A stretch of 64,000 bases of DNA from Octopus sinensis (taxonomy: Eukaryota). This document shows, piece after piece, positions 11,801-27,000 of this stretch. The DNA is taken from contig NC_043000.1 of assembly GCF_006345805.1 (NCBI RefSeq), positions 64,728,001 through 64,792,000 on the forward strand, in the 5' to 3' direction. Position 1 is the first letter of the stretch. Each line of letters begins with the position of its first letter. Position numbers and translations under genes: made by a program. The notes beneath the pieces are model-generated. The model saw only the letters and a program-made list of their open reading frames with translations. It had not been told where the DNA came from and did no database searches.

Positions 11801-14800
11801 AATTAACAGTTACTGCATCAAAATTTCTAAGCTATGAGATAATGCATGATTAATTCAAAACTGTGAATAAATAAGCATTACTTCTGACAGAATAATCTGA
11901 ATGCTAAAGGGTTAAATGTCTTTTTTAGCCCAGTGTAGCCGGAGCATATAAAGAGAAGGTTTCCTTATACAGTTTCATCTGGAAAGCAAAATCTTGTGGC
12001 TAATACAAATAACTTGTGATTAAAATAATTTATTGCAATTGCAACAAATAAAAACTACAGTTATTATTATTATTATTATTTATTATTTTTAAGTTACACA
12101 GGTGAAAGCTCCATGCCTGCAATTCTTTCCCCCAGACGAGATCTGGAGAGAATACTTTGACAGAGTAAACTCTGCCAAAGGCATCCCATGGCCAGATAGT
12201 GGTGTTAAATTGGTTGACAGATTAAACCTACAGACCAGTGTTTCTCAACCTTTTTACCCTTGTGAACCCTTAAAATAAATTACATGTCCCAAGGAACCCC
12301 TGCACAAAAAAAAATTATATGCCATATCTTTCTCATATTTTTTCATCGTAGGTCATGTGATATAAATATCACATATATATATGGTTGTTATATTTTATTG
12401 ATAACATAATAGGTTAAATAGGATGATGGGATCTAGTCAGTTTCATTTGCAAAATCAGGCCCCCTTAATTTTGCTCAGATTGCTTTCAATTTTGGTGTAT
12501 CGATGCAGTTCTGAATTTTGATTACACTCAACCAATTACTTTGTCTCATAAATTAAAGAATCTGATGTTATTTGGAATTAAAGGTGGGAAAGTTTGGGTA
12601 ATTTTTTAGTCAATGTAAACACAGAAAAACTTCACAAAATATATGAAAAATATGTAAAATATTAAGACAATTGATGAAAAATATCTACAATAAAATTCTA
12701 ATTGATAAATATAAATTTTTATTAATACAAAACACGTGGGTGAAGTAAATCTGGCACAACATGCCAGTGAAGTGAAACACAACACAACGTGTATTTGCAT
12801 GGTAACAAGCTGTTAATGCTTTGCCGTCTGTTGACTGGCTAAAATTTTCCCACCTTTAATTCCAAATAACAGATTCTTTAATTTATGAGATAAAGTAACT
12901 GGTTGAGTGTAATCAAAATTCAGAACTGCATCGATACACCAAAATTAAAGGAGGCTGATTTTGCGAATGAAACAGGCTAGATCCGGATGATGTCTATATT
13001 ACAGTATTACAATAACCAATAATATGTTGTGCATGTATAGTAATATTATGATCGTGAAATTAGCATATCTCACTCTTTCTCAGAGAATCCCTAGGAACCT
13101 TTTGCGGAACCCTGGTTGAGAAACACTGCTATAGACAGTCCCTCTAGTGGACATCTACACATTTCTGTCTCCCAAATTTCACTCACAAAGCTTTCATTGT
13201 AGAAGACACTTGCTTAAAATGTCATGTAGTGGGATTGAACTCCAAACTATGCAGCTTTGAAGTAATCCTGTTAACAATACAGCCCAGTTAGTACAAATAA
13301 AATGAGAAGAGATATAGTCCTTTTAATAATAGTATTTGATTTAGGCACAAGGTTCTCAATTTAAGGGGATGGGTTAGTCATTGCCATAGACCCTAGTACT
13401 TGATTAGTACTTTATTTTATTTTATAGTAACCTCAGTAGCATTTAAAAGCAGGATACAAGTAGCCCTTTTTTTACAACACTAGAAATTTATTTATGTTTT
13501 TTCACTTTATTTAAAAAAAATTATTCATCAGTCTGATCTATAACCCTTCACTTTTTATTGCTTCCCCTTGAATACATTCTATAATTACAATACTCTTCCC
13601 AATCCTGTTTCTTCTATGTCACTGTCACAGCTGAATCCTGCTTTTCAAGTTGTCTACCTCTCTAAAACTCAATCTTGACCAATGACTTGCTTAAAAATCT
13701 ACCACTCCCTCATCATCTCATTTAGCTAGTTTGGATTTGTGCCACTCCCAGGGCAAACTTAATCACAATACATCCAACTGAAATTGCATTCAATGAAATC
13801 ACCACTCCTCTATCAACACCCTTACAATTTCTAAAGGTTTATTAAAGAACTTCCTGTCTTTACAATCAATCACCATTTTAACAACAAATTTCTACAATCC
13901 CAACAAGAGAAATCTTTTACCTCAGTGGTTCTCAACCGGGGTCCACACAAGCAAAACACTAAATTGGGGATGCACAGTAGTATATTAAGGGTCCATGAAA
14001 AAATTTTCCTTTAGATATATTTATTGCAAAAACAGCTAATGTTTTTCATAGTTCAACCTATACAAGTTAATGTATGAAAAACAGAATAAGAACTCTGAAA
14101 GAAGCTTCCTTAAAACTAGTTTTTAAACATTGAATGGCAATGGGGGCCCACTAAAGTAAAATAGTAATCAAAGGGGTCCACAGGTAAAAAAGATTGTGAA
14201 GTGCTGTTCTATATGGTCTACTGATCTATTAGAAATAGTACTCAAATCTCTCTCAAATCATACCACAACATTGCATAAACGAATAAGTTGGATAATGTAA
14301 TTCTAGGTTCCTTACACATACACGAAAATGATGGAATTCTTTTGATTACAAGTCTGCTAGATCAGGATTGATATGGGGCTAAACAACAATCACAGACACC
14401 AGTAAAATTTTTGATTTAATTCCCGATTCAAAAGTTTATGCAACCCTATTTAGTTAGCTAATTACTTCTTGAGACATGTTGACAATTAATATAACAACAG
14501 TGTCTCCAAGATCCATGACTACTGAAAAAGACTGACAAGATTCTGTTCCACTAACTCCCACCCCCTACACACACACAACTTTACTAATGCATCCATACAT
14601 CATTCTCCGTTGACAACATACTGGTTATTTCTACATACAGCTTCTTGGACATAGCAACAAAAACTCAAACTAGAATCTTAACTCCAGAAAATCAATACAA
14701 CTACACCAACACTCTAAATATATAGGAACTAGACTTCATCTATCACCCAGCTTAACACTACTGCCTGGATAAATTCCTCCAACCAGTCTCTAAGGCTCTG

Positions 14801-16470
14801 AGAAGGGTCATGAACACTGCCTTTCATTCTTTGACTAAATGATATATATATATATAGGGAGGGTTTACGAAAAAAACAAAAGATGAAGACAGGTGGTGTA
14901 CAAAACAAACAGATGTATTAGTATAATGCTCAGGAATAGAAAAAGTCTTTTACGTTTCGAGCCTACACTCCTCTACAGAAAGGGACACGGAAAAAACAAG
15001 GAGAGAAAAAAAACGTGTGTAGTGGCTAATGATCTATCATGGATAATATATATATATATTATCATGGACATGCTGGCTCTGCCAAGATGCATACTGTTTC
15101 TGACACAAGCTATAAAGATCTAAGAACAAGTGGTGGTTTCCATGTTATAACAGGCTGCACACATACCAAACATATCAACTACCTACACAATGAAATAAAA
15201 GTATTCAAAGTGTTAAGACTGTTTAGGCATCTGAAGCATGCAGGTCGTGTCTGTTGTTTGCTTTCTATAGCCTATCTGTTCACACCAGTAACGCACTGGA
15301 ACAATAATATGAAACCATAAAATATAAAAAAAAAAAAAATTAATCACCTGTTGTCACATTTTCAACACAATTTATTCAACCAAAACTGTAAGATAATTTA
15401 GGCATCTGAGGCTTATAATTTATGTCTGCTGTGTATTCCAACTCACTCTGCCCCTATAACATTATCTATTTATTTATTTTTTTATATCTTTTACATGTCT
15501 CATTCATTAGACAGCAGCCATGCTGGGGCACTGCAATGAAGAACTTTTAGTTCAATGAATTGACCCCAGTACTTTTTTTTTTTATCTCTTTTACTGACCT
15601 GCTAAATTACAGGGACATAAACAAACCAACAGCTGTTGTCAAGTGGCAGTAGAAGACACACACACACACACATGCAATATATTAAAATCTGATTTATCAT
15701 TTCAATTTGTTTACATTTTAAGCATGCATTGAATGCAAGGTATTCAATGCAGGAAATACCATTGCTATGAAACCATCCTTAAAAAAGAAAGACAATTATT
15801 TTTAAAGTTGTTGTTTCGCCTCAGGTCACATAGTATTGGGCAGACCCAAGATGAAAGGTATTCCAGCTGAAACCATCCCATCTTTTATTCAAACAGTACA
15901 CACACAGCAATATTATCCTATTGGTCCTTCTTTTCTAAGACAGTAGGGGTAAGATTTGAGGGAGGTTTGGCTGTCATTCATAGCAGACCAAGTGACCATA
16001 TAGTCACATCTTAAGCTAATTTTATTCAATGTTGTTTAGCCTCAGGTCAGACATGACTGAGGAGACTTATGATCAAAAACATTCCAGTTATCCAGTTGCA
16101 ACACTTTTTTTGTAAACATATAGGTGTAGGAGTGGCTGCGTGGTAAGTAGCTTGCTTACGAACCCCATGGTTCCAGGTTCAGTCCCACTGCGTGGCACTT
16201 TGGGCAAGTGTCTTCTACTATAGCCTTGGGCTGACCAAAGCCTTGTGAGTGGATTTGGTAGACGGAAACTGAAGGAAGCCCATCGTGTATATATATGTAT
16301 GTATGTATCATCATCATCATCATCATTTAGCGTCCGTTCTCCATGCTAGCATGGGTTGGACGGTTCAACTGGGGTCTGTGAAGCTGGAAGGCTTCATCAG
16401 GCCCAGTCAGATCTGGCAGTGTTTCTACGGCTGGATGCCCTTCCTAACGCCAAATCCCTTCCTAACGCCA

Positions 16471-16510
<40 letters not shown>

Positions 16511-18035
16511 TTGTTCCCCCAACATCGCTTAGCGGTTTGGCAAAAGAGACCGACAGAATAAGTACTAGGCTTACAAAGAATAAGTCCTGGAGTCAATTTT
16601 CTTGACTAAAGGCAGTGCTCCAGCATGGCCACAGTCAAATGACTGAAACAAGTAAAAGAGTAAAGAGTATATAGGCAAAGGCACAGCTGTGTGGTTCAGG
16701 AACTCAATTTGCAACCATGTGGTCTTGCTGCATGGCACCTGTGGGCAAATGTTTTCTACTATAGCCCCGGGTTGACCAAAGACTTATGAGTGGTTTTAGT
16801 AGATTGAAACTATGTTGTAGCCTCTGTGTGTGTGTGTCAGTATCTGTCTCCCTACACCACTCGACATTTTAAGTAGTGATCCAGCATGGTTGCAGTCCAA
16901 TGACTGAAACAAGATAAGAGATACATCATACAATATATCCTTTTTTGAACATAGTGGAGTTAATCTGAGAGCGATATGGCTGCTATTTCTAACAGATTGA
17001 ATGACCACATGAGATTCCCTAGTAATGGTGTGTTACATTTGAGGTTGATTTTGGCTTTCAACTTAGCTTGTTCATTTATGCAGATTTATTCAGTATACAT
17101 TCTTTTCAAAGATACAATTACAATTTTAAAAAATAACAGGTGATAACAAATACAAATTTAATGCAGTTTTACTTTCTCCAACTAAAATAAAATTAAGTCT
17201 TTGCACATGGTATTTACTATGTCACTAATTTATGTCAATGGCCCATTTGAATTACTCCCCTTAGATCATTTTATTTATTAAAATAAAAAATGCAAATTAT
17301 AATTCTTTTTCTATGTGTAAATATCTTTGTCAATTGATCAATGTAAGCTTATACTATACTGAAGAGGTCTAATACACCAAAATAAGTCTATAATTGTGTC
17401 CTTGCTGACAAAGATCAGACTTTCCTTCCCTTAAACATGTAAATTAAATCTGAAAGATTAATCTTTTTTCTGTTTTTGTTTTGAAAGCAGTAAATAAATG
17501 CTAACACGTCATTGCTTTCTTTTCCCAACCAAGGGAGGAATTTTGGTTAAGTGTCGGTTACTTTGCAACCATTTGGTTTTGAATTATGTCACAGTGCAGC
17601 ATCTTGGGAAAAATGTCTTTACTATAGCCCTGAGTTGACCAATGCCTTATAAGTAAATTTGGTAGACAGAAACTATGTGGAAGCTCACAGTGTGTGTGTG
17701 TATATATTCTTATTCTTTTACTTGTATCAGTCATTTTACTGCAGCCATGCTGGAGCACTACCTTGAAGGGTTTTAGTCAAAGAAATTGACCCCAGGACTT
17801 CTTCTTTGTAAGCCTAGGACTTATTGTATCTGTTTTTTTTTTTTGCCAAACTACTAAGTTACAGAGATGTAAACACACAAACATTGGTTGTCAAGTGAAG
17901 GTGAGGGGGCAAACACAGACACACACATATATACATACATATATATATATTATACATACACACATATACACATGCACACACACACACACATACATACATA
18001 CATACATATACACATGCACACACACATATATACAT

Positions 18036-18066
<31 letters not shown>

Positions 18067-21000
18067 CACGATGGACTTTCAGTTTGTCTACCAAATCCAC
18101 TCACAAGGCTTTGGTTGGCCCGAGGTTGTAGTAGAGGACACTTGCCTAAGGTACCATGCAACCACTTAGTTGGGAAGCAAGCTTCTTATTACACACCCAC
18201 ACCTGCACCTATATATATGAGTGTGTTCCCTCCCCACTTGACACCTGTTGGTTTGTTTACATATCCCATAACTTAGCAGTTTTGCGTAAGAAACCAACAA
18301 AAGTACCAGAGCCAAAAAAAATAAAAACGTAAGCATGGGATTGAATGTTCAATTAAAATCCTTGAAGATAGAGTCTCAGGTTGGCCACAGTCCAGTTATA
18401 GAAACAAATAAAAGAAACAACATATTGCACATCGCCCCCATGGATTTTATAAAGTATAGTCAATTTAAGACAAGGGACGTAATTCACGTCCAGTTTTAAT
18501 CAGATGATTAACAATCAGTGACAGAGTTAAAATCATTAAGTGATACAAGTAATTTTAATCTTTAAGCAAGAATACTGAAATGATATATATATTGTTTATT
18601 CTTTTTACTTTTATGTTTTTATTCTAGCATGAATATATTGTTGAATATATTCATGAATAAATTGTTACATATACTGAAGCACTGTTTTATAGTCAGATGC
18701 CCTTCTTGTTGCAAGCCCTTGCCTGTTTTCCAAGTAAGGGATCTCTTACTGCACACATATTTGAAGGTTTGAAGTGAGAAGATGATTTGTTAACAAGAGA
18801 TATGGTACCAACACTACTTGTAGCTCATGAATTATGTGGTGTGCAAACATAAATAAACACACAAACACGCACGTTTTTGTGTGTGTGTGTGTGTGTCTGT
18901 TAGTTTATATTTGTGAAAAAATTCTGTTGTGTAACTATGTATGTATATTTTAATAACAATTTGACCTGGCTCCATCTGACAAAATTTGTGGGTATGTAAG
19001 ACACATTCATCTAATCAGAAATCTGATGAGATGGGTGTGTCCTATGCACTCATGACATTTATGGAGCTAAGTCAAACTCATTAAAAAATATATGTACCTC
19101 TTGTCCACTCATGTATTTGTTTTATGCATTTTGAGCCAAAAGCCTTGTAACTTGCATTTAAAAGTAAAAGAGTATAAATAATGGACTGGATACATTTATT
19201 TGTGCATTATAAACTTATACCTGTTTTTGATATGCGTTTTGGGTGCATTCATGGTTTAATTTACTGCAGTTGGTGTGTTGGACTGACAACAATAGCATTC
19301 ACTACATTTCCAATCAATCAATTAATCGGCTGAGTTAACTGAACCATGAATGCTCTTGAAATGCATATAAGAAACAGCAGCTGCAAGTCTATATTTTACA
19401 AATAAATGCATAAAGCCTATTATTTGTCTTTTTCTTAAGTATCACTTTGTGAATACATACTATATTAACTAAGTAATGTAAAAATGGATTTCCTATGTCA
19501 AATGGTGAAGGACTTTGACTTCAGATTACCTGGATTTCAATGCCAAGCACCAAAAAGTATTTTGCTTAGATTACTAATCTCTTATTAATGACTCTTTGTT
19601 CAGATAAATTCTTGATTTACTGAAATTATCTCTGCTTTCCAGAGCAGGTAAACTAATTTTTTGTGGTGGAAATTGGTACCAACTCCAAACGAGAAGGGGA
19701 GATAATCTCATGAATCAGGAATTCCCCAAAATTAACAAGTTGACATACATGCTGTTATGGGAAAGTCAGTATGATTGTCTGAAAAAATATACGTTACATG
19801 TCTATCTATCACACACACGATGAGCTTCTTTCAGTTTCTATCTACCAAATCTACTCACAAAGTTTTGGTTGGTTTAGGTCTATACTAAAAGATTTTTGTC
19901 CAAAGTATCATGCAGTGGAACTGAACCCAAAAGCACATGGTTGGGAGGTGAACTGCTTTGTCACATAGCTATACTTGTGCCTAATCATATAAATAAACAA
20001 ATAAAAGCCCAAAACAGATTAAAATTATATGCGCACCTTTGTTGCATGTAGAACTAAAAAATACGTTGGAAGCCGGAACAAGCTTTGCCTGTAATGTAAG
20101 GAAATAAAAGTAAACGAACCTTGTTTAAATATCAGCAAGTATATCAAAATATGAAATGATATTCAAAATTAGTATACATTTTTGTAATAATCATAAGAAC
20201 ATCTACAGAAAATGGCAAAAAGGAGAGACATTCTAGATTATCTGGTCATCCCATGAGTTCTGTCCGATTTTACCTTCTTTAAAATTTAATAGTATTTTAG
20301 AATGTCTAATGGAATCAACAATTATTTTTATGTATTTGTGTACATTTAAACTAGTTAAATATTATTTTACAGAATAATAGAATTAAAATTTCTTTGATTA
20401 AAACCCTTTCTAACATGGAAGTATCCAAAGAACATTTAAGGCACATAATGCTTTATGAGTACAAAAAAGGAAACTCTGCTGCTGAAGTGACTTGAAACAT
20501 ACACTCAGTTTATGGGAAAGAATGCTTGAATGAAAGAACTTGCAGAAGATGGTTTGCAAAATTCAGAAGTGGATATTTCAGCCTTGAAGATGAAGATCAA
20601 ACAGGACATCCAGTTGAGTTTGATGATAAGCTCCTTGAAGAAAATCCTACACTATCAGTTGAAGAATTGGCAATAAAGCTTAGTTCAAACCATAGCAACT
20701 GTTCATTGTCATCTTCAACAATTTGGAAAGGGTCCTAAACTTGAAAAATGGGTGTCTCATGAATTGTCCAAAAGCAACCGTAAATCCTGAGTTTGACATC
20801 TGCTCTTCTTGCCAGTCTCACGAACTCATTTCACCCTTTTTGGATAGATTTGTGACTGGTGATGGAAAATGGATCTTCTATTGAAATGTTAAATGTCGTA
20901 AACAGTGACTTGGTAAAAGAGAAAAAGCTCAACCACAACCAAGAAGGGAACTTCATGGAAAAAAGGTTCTTCTATCTGGTGGGATTGCAAAGGAGTAATT

Positions 21001-24000
21001 CACTTTGAATTGTTATCACCTTATGCAACAATCAATGCTCAAATCTACTGTCAGCAATTAGAATGTTTGAACCAAGCTTTGAAGAAAAAAAGGCCCGTTT
21101 TAGTGAATCGAAAAGGAGTGATGTTTCATCAGGACAATTTGCGACCCCACACTGCAAAGATCACATCACAGAAGATCGAAGAGCTTGGTTGGGAAAAAAT
21201 TCCTCATCCACCTTATTCTCCCGACCTTGCTCCTTCAGACTACCATTTGTTTCGTAGTTTACAGAATCATTTGGGGGACATAACTTTTGCAAGCCAGGAG
21301 GAGGTCGAAACTGACATTTCAGAGTTCTTTGCTTTGAAAGCAAAAAAGTTTTACATTGATGGGATTAAAAAGTTTGTAAATAAATGGAAGGAAGTCATAG
21401 ATAATCAGGGAAAGTACATTGATGATTATATTTCAATCAAATATAACATTTGATCACTTGTTTTCTTTATTCAAAATTCGGACAGAACTTATGGGATGAC
21501 CTGATATTTTCATAAACTGACATTCCAAAAGTTATACACATTAGAGATAGCAGCACTACAAGGCACTATACAAGTAAACTGCTGTATATATTTATATCAG
21601 AAAATATAAAACCAAAAATCAAACATGGAACAAAACACACAGAGCTGCACTTGGTAGATCAATGAAGCCATACAATATAAACTGATAAATATTAATTTAA
21701 ATTGTATAGGATGGTGCACAACTTCTGGATAACTTTGTCTGATTTCATATAAATAGAGATATCATTCACTACAGCAATGGATCTGGTGCCTTTCATAGGC
21801 ATGTTAAAACAATAGCAAAACTGGGATCTGTAAATATTACGATATTCTCACATGGCTTTCTTAACATCGGACGTTTTTATGTATGTTTCCCAGGATTAAC
21901 ATAATTCTTTAGTCAGATAAAAATAACTCTAATTACCAGGATTGTAAAATATAAAATAGAAAGAAATTAAGTCAAAACTGAAGTAGAAGTATTGTAATCA
22001 TCATCATCATCATTTAATGTCCATTGTCCATGCTGGCATGGGTTGGACAGTTTGACCAGGGTTGGTAAGCTGGAAGGCTGCACCAGACTCCAGTCTGATT
22101 TGGCAAGGTTTTCTACGGCTGGATGCCCCTCCTAATACCAACATTTACATTTATCTTATGCGCCTTTAAAAAAGTAAAGAGTTATGTTATAAATCTATAA
22201 AAGCTACTTCTCAGTCTAACAGATCAGTCAAAATGTGGAAACAGTATTGTAATACTGTAGCAGTTATATATTGATGTAGTAATAACTTACTGAAATCAAG
22301 CTTTCGCTCATGTTTTTCAAAGTTTTCTTTGGAGGAGAGATATCTGTCAATAAAATTGTTTTAATTTAATATGCAGTTGGCACATGAAAGCAGTGTTGTG
22401 AATTAAACATTTATATCAGTTCAAGAATGTTCCAAACATTTGAATTGGTCTAAATATTTGTTTTTATTAGATTTTCTATAAATGTGATTGTAACAGAGTA
22501 AAGAGAATAAACATTTTATTTTAGATTTTTATTGAAATGGAAAAAAAAAACCCCTCTCAAAAGCAAAAGAACAACCAAACAACACACACACAAAACTGCT
22601 TTAGAGTACAACTAAAATCTCACTGAGCAGTGTCCATTGTGTCATCAACTAAGACATTGTTATGAAGTGGTTTAAAGATGGCTAAATGACAATGGATTTC
22701 ACTTCAGCTATGAAAGCTAACAAAAAACCTATCAATTATGGTATTTAGTCATTATTTTTTACATTTGCAGTCCAAATAATTTTGCTTATCATCCTTCTGT
22801 GATCAATAAAATAAAGTACCAGTCAATTATTGGGGATCAGTTTAATTAACTATATTCTCCTGATGAATGCAAGTCCTTCTAGCAATATTGATTTCAAATT
22901 TTAGTACAAGGCCAGTAAGTTCAGGGAAGTGGGTAAATTGGTTACAGTGATCTCAGTACCTAACTGGTACTTATGTTATTGACTGACTCTGAAAGGATGA
23001 AAGGCAAAGTTGACCTTGGCGGAAATTCAACTCAGAATGTGAAGACAGCAAGCTGGCAGAATCATTAGCAATATTAGAAATCATTTAAAGTAATACACTG
23101 TTTATAGAGGTCGCCTGATCTGTGGTGTATAATGTAGAACCAAGAGGACTGAATCTTTGAAAAGTAAGTATCTCTGGGGGTGACATTAATACAGCACAGG
23201 CAGTTTGTTTATTTTGGTATCATTGGTCATAGATTTCCATGAGGACAATAATTAGTTCATTTTATTTCTGACAGTCAGAGTATAAAGGGAACATTTAGCC
23301 ATGTGACAGGAACTTCTTGTAAAAGAATGTTTTTATTATATTTTTTCTCTCAACAAATTTATGTCTTATATTGATAAACCAACAAATGGTACACATGATA
23401 TGGTCGAAAACACTTGCCCAAAAGTATTGTGCAACTAGGTGGTTCTGGTTTGAATCTAGAGCCACAAAGTTGTGAAGTAAACTCTTCCACCACACAGCCA
23501 CATATACAAATCATAGACCAATAGGTAAGCATGCTCTATAGTCAGCTAATGGTGTATAATTTACCAGCCATATACATAATAACTGTATGTAGAACTATTA
23601 AAATTGTATATGAGAACAGCTCTAGTTCTCTAGTTCACAAGAATTACAACTAGTTTCAAATGAAAGATTACTTTTGTGTTATAATTTATATACAATGTAG
23701 TGTGCTTAATCTGAGATTAAGAATCCTTATGTGGAAAGGAAACAAGGGTAGGATTATCATTAGCAATGAAACTGTATTATGCTGAAAGGCTTATTCCAGC
23801 AAGAATGCTTAACACACTGTAGTTCATATAACAATAATTTTGTTCAAGAGTTCTAGAAATAATTTTTTCATGGTAAAATGATGCTCACACATACACACAG
23901 GAAAGTGAATGAAAAGACAATAATTAATTAATCATACTTACAGAGATGAAATACTGTGTTACTATCTTCTAAGTTGTCTCTCACAAACTGATGTAAAGCA

Positions 24001-27000
24001 GCCACTGTAACATTAACACATAATTACACTGATTAATGATATCAATAAATTATGATTACAGTAACAGAACTTGGTATTATCTATGACTTATTTCTTTAAT
24101 ATATCTTCTGAGCAAACCTTGAATTATCTTTGTTTCCAAAGAAATAAATACAAGCCAAATATTTCCATCGTCAATATTTACACATTCCTGAATATTTTGC
24201 CATAGTTCAATAAAATAAAATATTTCTGAATATGTAATAACCCTCCAGAATGGTCTTTTGTTTCCTTGATGATCTATTTAGGTGTCATTCCTCTCATCTT
24301 TACAGTTAAACAGAAATATTTAATAAATGTGCAACCATATCAGATTATCAAACTTACTGCTGATAAATTTTAAGGATATTGTTTCTAGAAAATAATTGTT
24401 TGGGGTACTATTCCAGGAATTTCAAACAAATGAAATGGACTTCTGGTTTTAATTTACATCTTTACTTGACTTGAAACAACCCTAAATATAAATTGTATTA
24501 ACTTTGAGTGTACTAGTATATTTCTATCTTGTCAAGAGCTGTTCCCTACTAATTTGTGTTTACAGAAAGACCCATGAATCCTAGGTATCATAATTTGTAA
24601 TTTTTCATCAATTTTTCTTCCTACATATCCTCTAACTCAAAGTAAAAGAGAAAAAATGAATAACTACATAGTTACCTAATTTACTTAATTTTATTCTTAT
24701 CTTTGTATGAAAACATTTAAAAGTTTATTTCAGTTTTATTGAGCTTTATGGACCACACAATTATTCACTTGTTGCAGTAGAAAATATAAAATACATATCT
24801 CATTCTATGCTAGATTATTACCTCTGTCTTAATGAAGGCAGAGGTATTGTTTTCAGTCATGTTTGTTTGTTTGTTTGTCCGTGGGCAAGATATCTCAAGA
24901 ACCACTGGATGAATTTGGATGAAACTTTCAGGGATGTTTGGCCTCGTGACTGGCATGAACTGATTATATCTTGGGATTGATCTGGTACCAGACAAGGATT
25001 CTGGATTGATTACGATCTTACGTTAACTTTCAAGTGTTTCTCAATTATCTTCCTATAAGGCTGTAACTATTTTGAATGGTGAATTTGTTAACTTTGGCTT
25101 GTATCAGATAAAAATAAACTATTTATTACAGTTACTAAATTTTCTACAGCCACCTTCACATTCCATGACTACCTTTGGGATCAATCAAGTACCAGACAAG
25201 GATTCTGGATTATTTTTCCGTTTTTTTTACTTAATTTTGAGAGCGGTCGGGTTCATTTTTAGTATTCTTGTTTGTGAGAGCAGTCAAGTTTATTTCAGAC
25301 TAGCAGTATCGCCCGGCGTTGCTCGGGTTTGTAAGGGAAATAACTATATAAGCATTTTTAGAGAGTTATAGCCAAAAAATGCATTAAAAATGGAAAAAAA
25401 ATTAAGGTAAATTTTTTTTTTAAATCGTTGACACATCGTAGATATTTTTAGAGAGTTACTTCCCTTATATAATAGCGAAAAAAATGCATTAAAATGGAAA
25501 AATATGATGGTAAATTTTTTTTAAATCGTAGACTCATGCTAATACCCAGAAGGGCTCGATATGAATCACGACTATAAGATATCCGGTTTTGGTTACACTG
25601 CACCGCAAAATGTGGGAGTAGTTAGGAATCTAAATCGTAGGAGACAGACACACAACTTCACTTTTATATATAAAGATATAAGCCACGTAGTTATATACAC
25701 ATACTTTGTTATATACACATTCTTAAAAGAAAATGTTATTTTGAACACAACATTTATAAAGAATAAAATATTTTTTGGTTTTTCTTTTAAACGGATGCAT
25801 ACATTTATTAATAACTATATATAAGTGTTATCTGTTTATACATAAACACTGTTTCATACTGCAAGCTCGGCTCGCCAATTAATACTACCAAAATTTAACG
25901 ACAGAAAGTAAAATAAAAACCAATTTACCTTTTCTGTATTGTTATAGCAATTCGACCGTCCGTGTGTCTTTGCAAATGTGTTGGAATGAGAAGTGAGTTG
26001 TGTTTTGGCGCCTTTTTTACTAATAACAAACACACACGTGTTTCTATGTAGTTGTTTGAAACGTTTGTGTTTGTCACTGTCATATATGTGTATGCGTGTG
26101 TGTGAGGAATGACACACACACACTCACGCACGCACACATGTACATCAATGCTTTCGGAGTGAAATGTTAAAATATTGAGTTTTCTCGAATTTTGTCTTAA
26201 TTGGGGGTAAAATTGAAAGAAATTTTGTATGGCATGACCCAATGGAAGTACTTTGAAAAATCATGGGTAAACTCTAATTGAAGAATTTGTGTGAGGAGTA
26301 AATCGTTATGTATTTATTTGTTTCTGTTTGCTGTGTTTTTTTTTTTAGTAGTGGTTTAAGGTACACTTCTCTCGTTTTATCGAAGTAGTTTCACTTTAAT
26401 TGTTGCAAACTTGCAAAGAGAAAGTCGTAGAAATTAGAGTGATAGCGTGAGTGAATCAGATCGCTCCGTTTTTGTGTGTGTGTGTGTGCGTGTGCTATAG
26501 CCCACACTAAGAAAAGCACTTGACTCACACACCACAATGTGAGTTTTCTCTAAATTTTGCTTAATTAGGGTTGAAATTTTAAAAACTGGACTTGGCACGA
26601 CCCGATGCATTCTACTCTTAAAAATGCTAGGTAAATTGTAATTGAAGAAATCCTATATTGTAGATTTCTATAAGAGACAAAGGGAGGCAGATAAAATCTG
26701 CCTTTTATAATAAGAGATATTCTCATTTTAAAAATGATCTCTGGCTAATTGTTGAGAGGACGTTGGTATTGCCTTGGCAAACGTTTGCACTCTCTGAGTG
26801 CTTGTTATAAATATATTTGTTTCTGTATTATCAACTTTATACTGAATTATTTGACAAGTACTATTTACAAAAATATTCTAGAAATAAAAATCTACATACC
26901 TTCTTCTTTAGGATGGAATGTTCCCTGCAATACCATACGATCAGGAAAATGTATTCTTATAGTTGCTGCTTTGTATTTTGCATACTTTTGAAACAGTTTG

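Noticed and set aside
17859-18169. Overlapping ORFs rich in YI/HT/CV
   Set aside because: Translations of AC/AT microsatellite and SINE; the same applies to 36627-36850 and 62397-62626.
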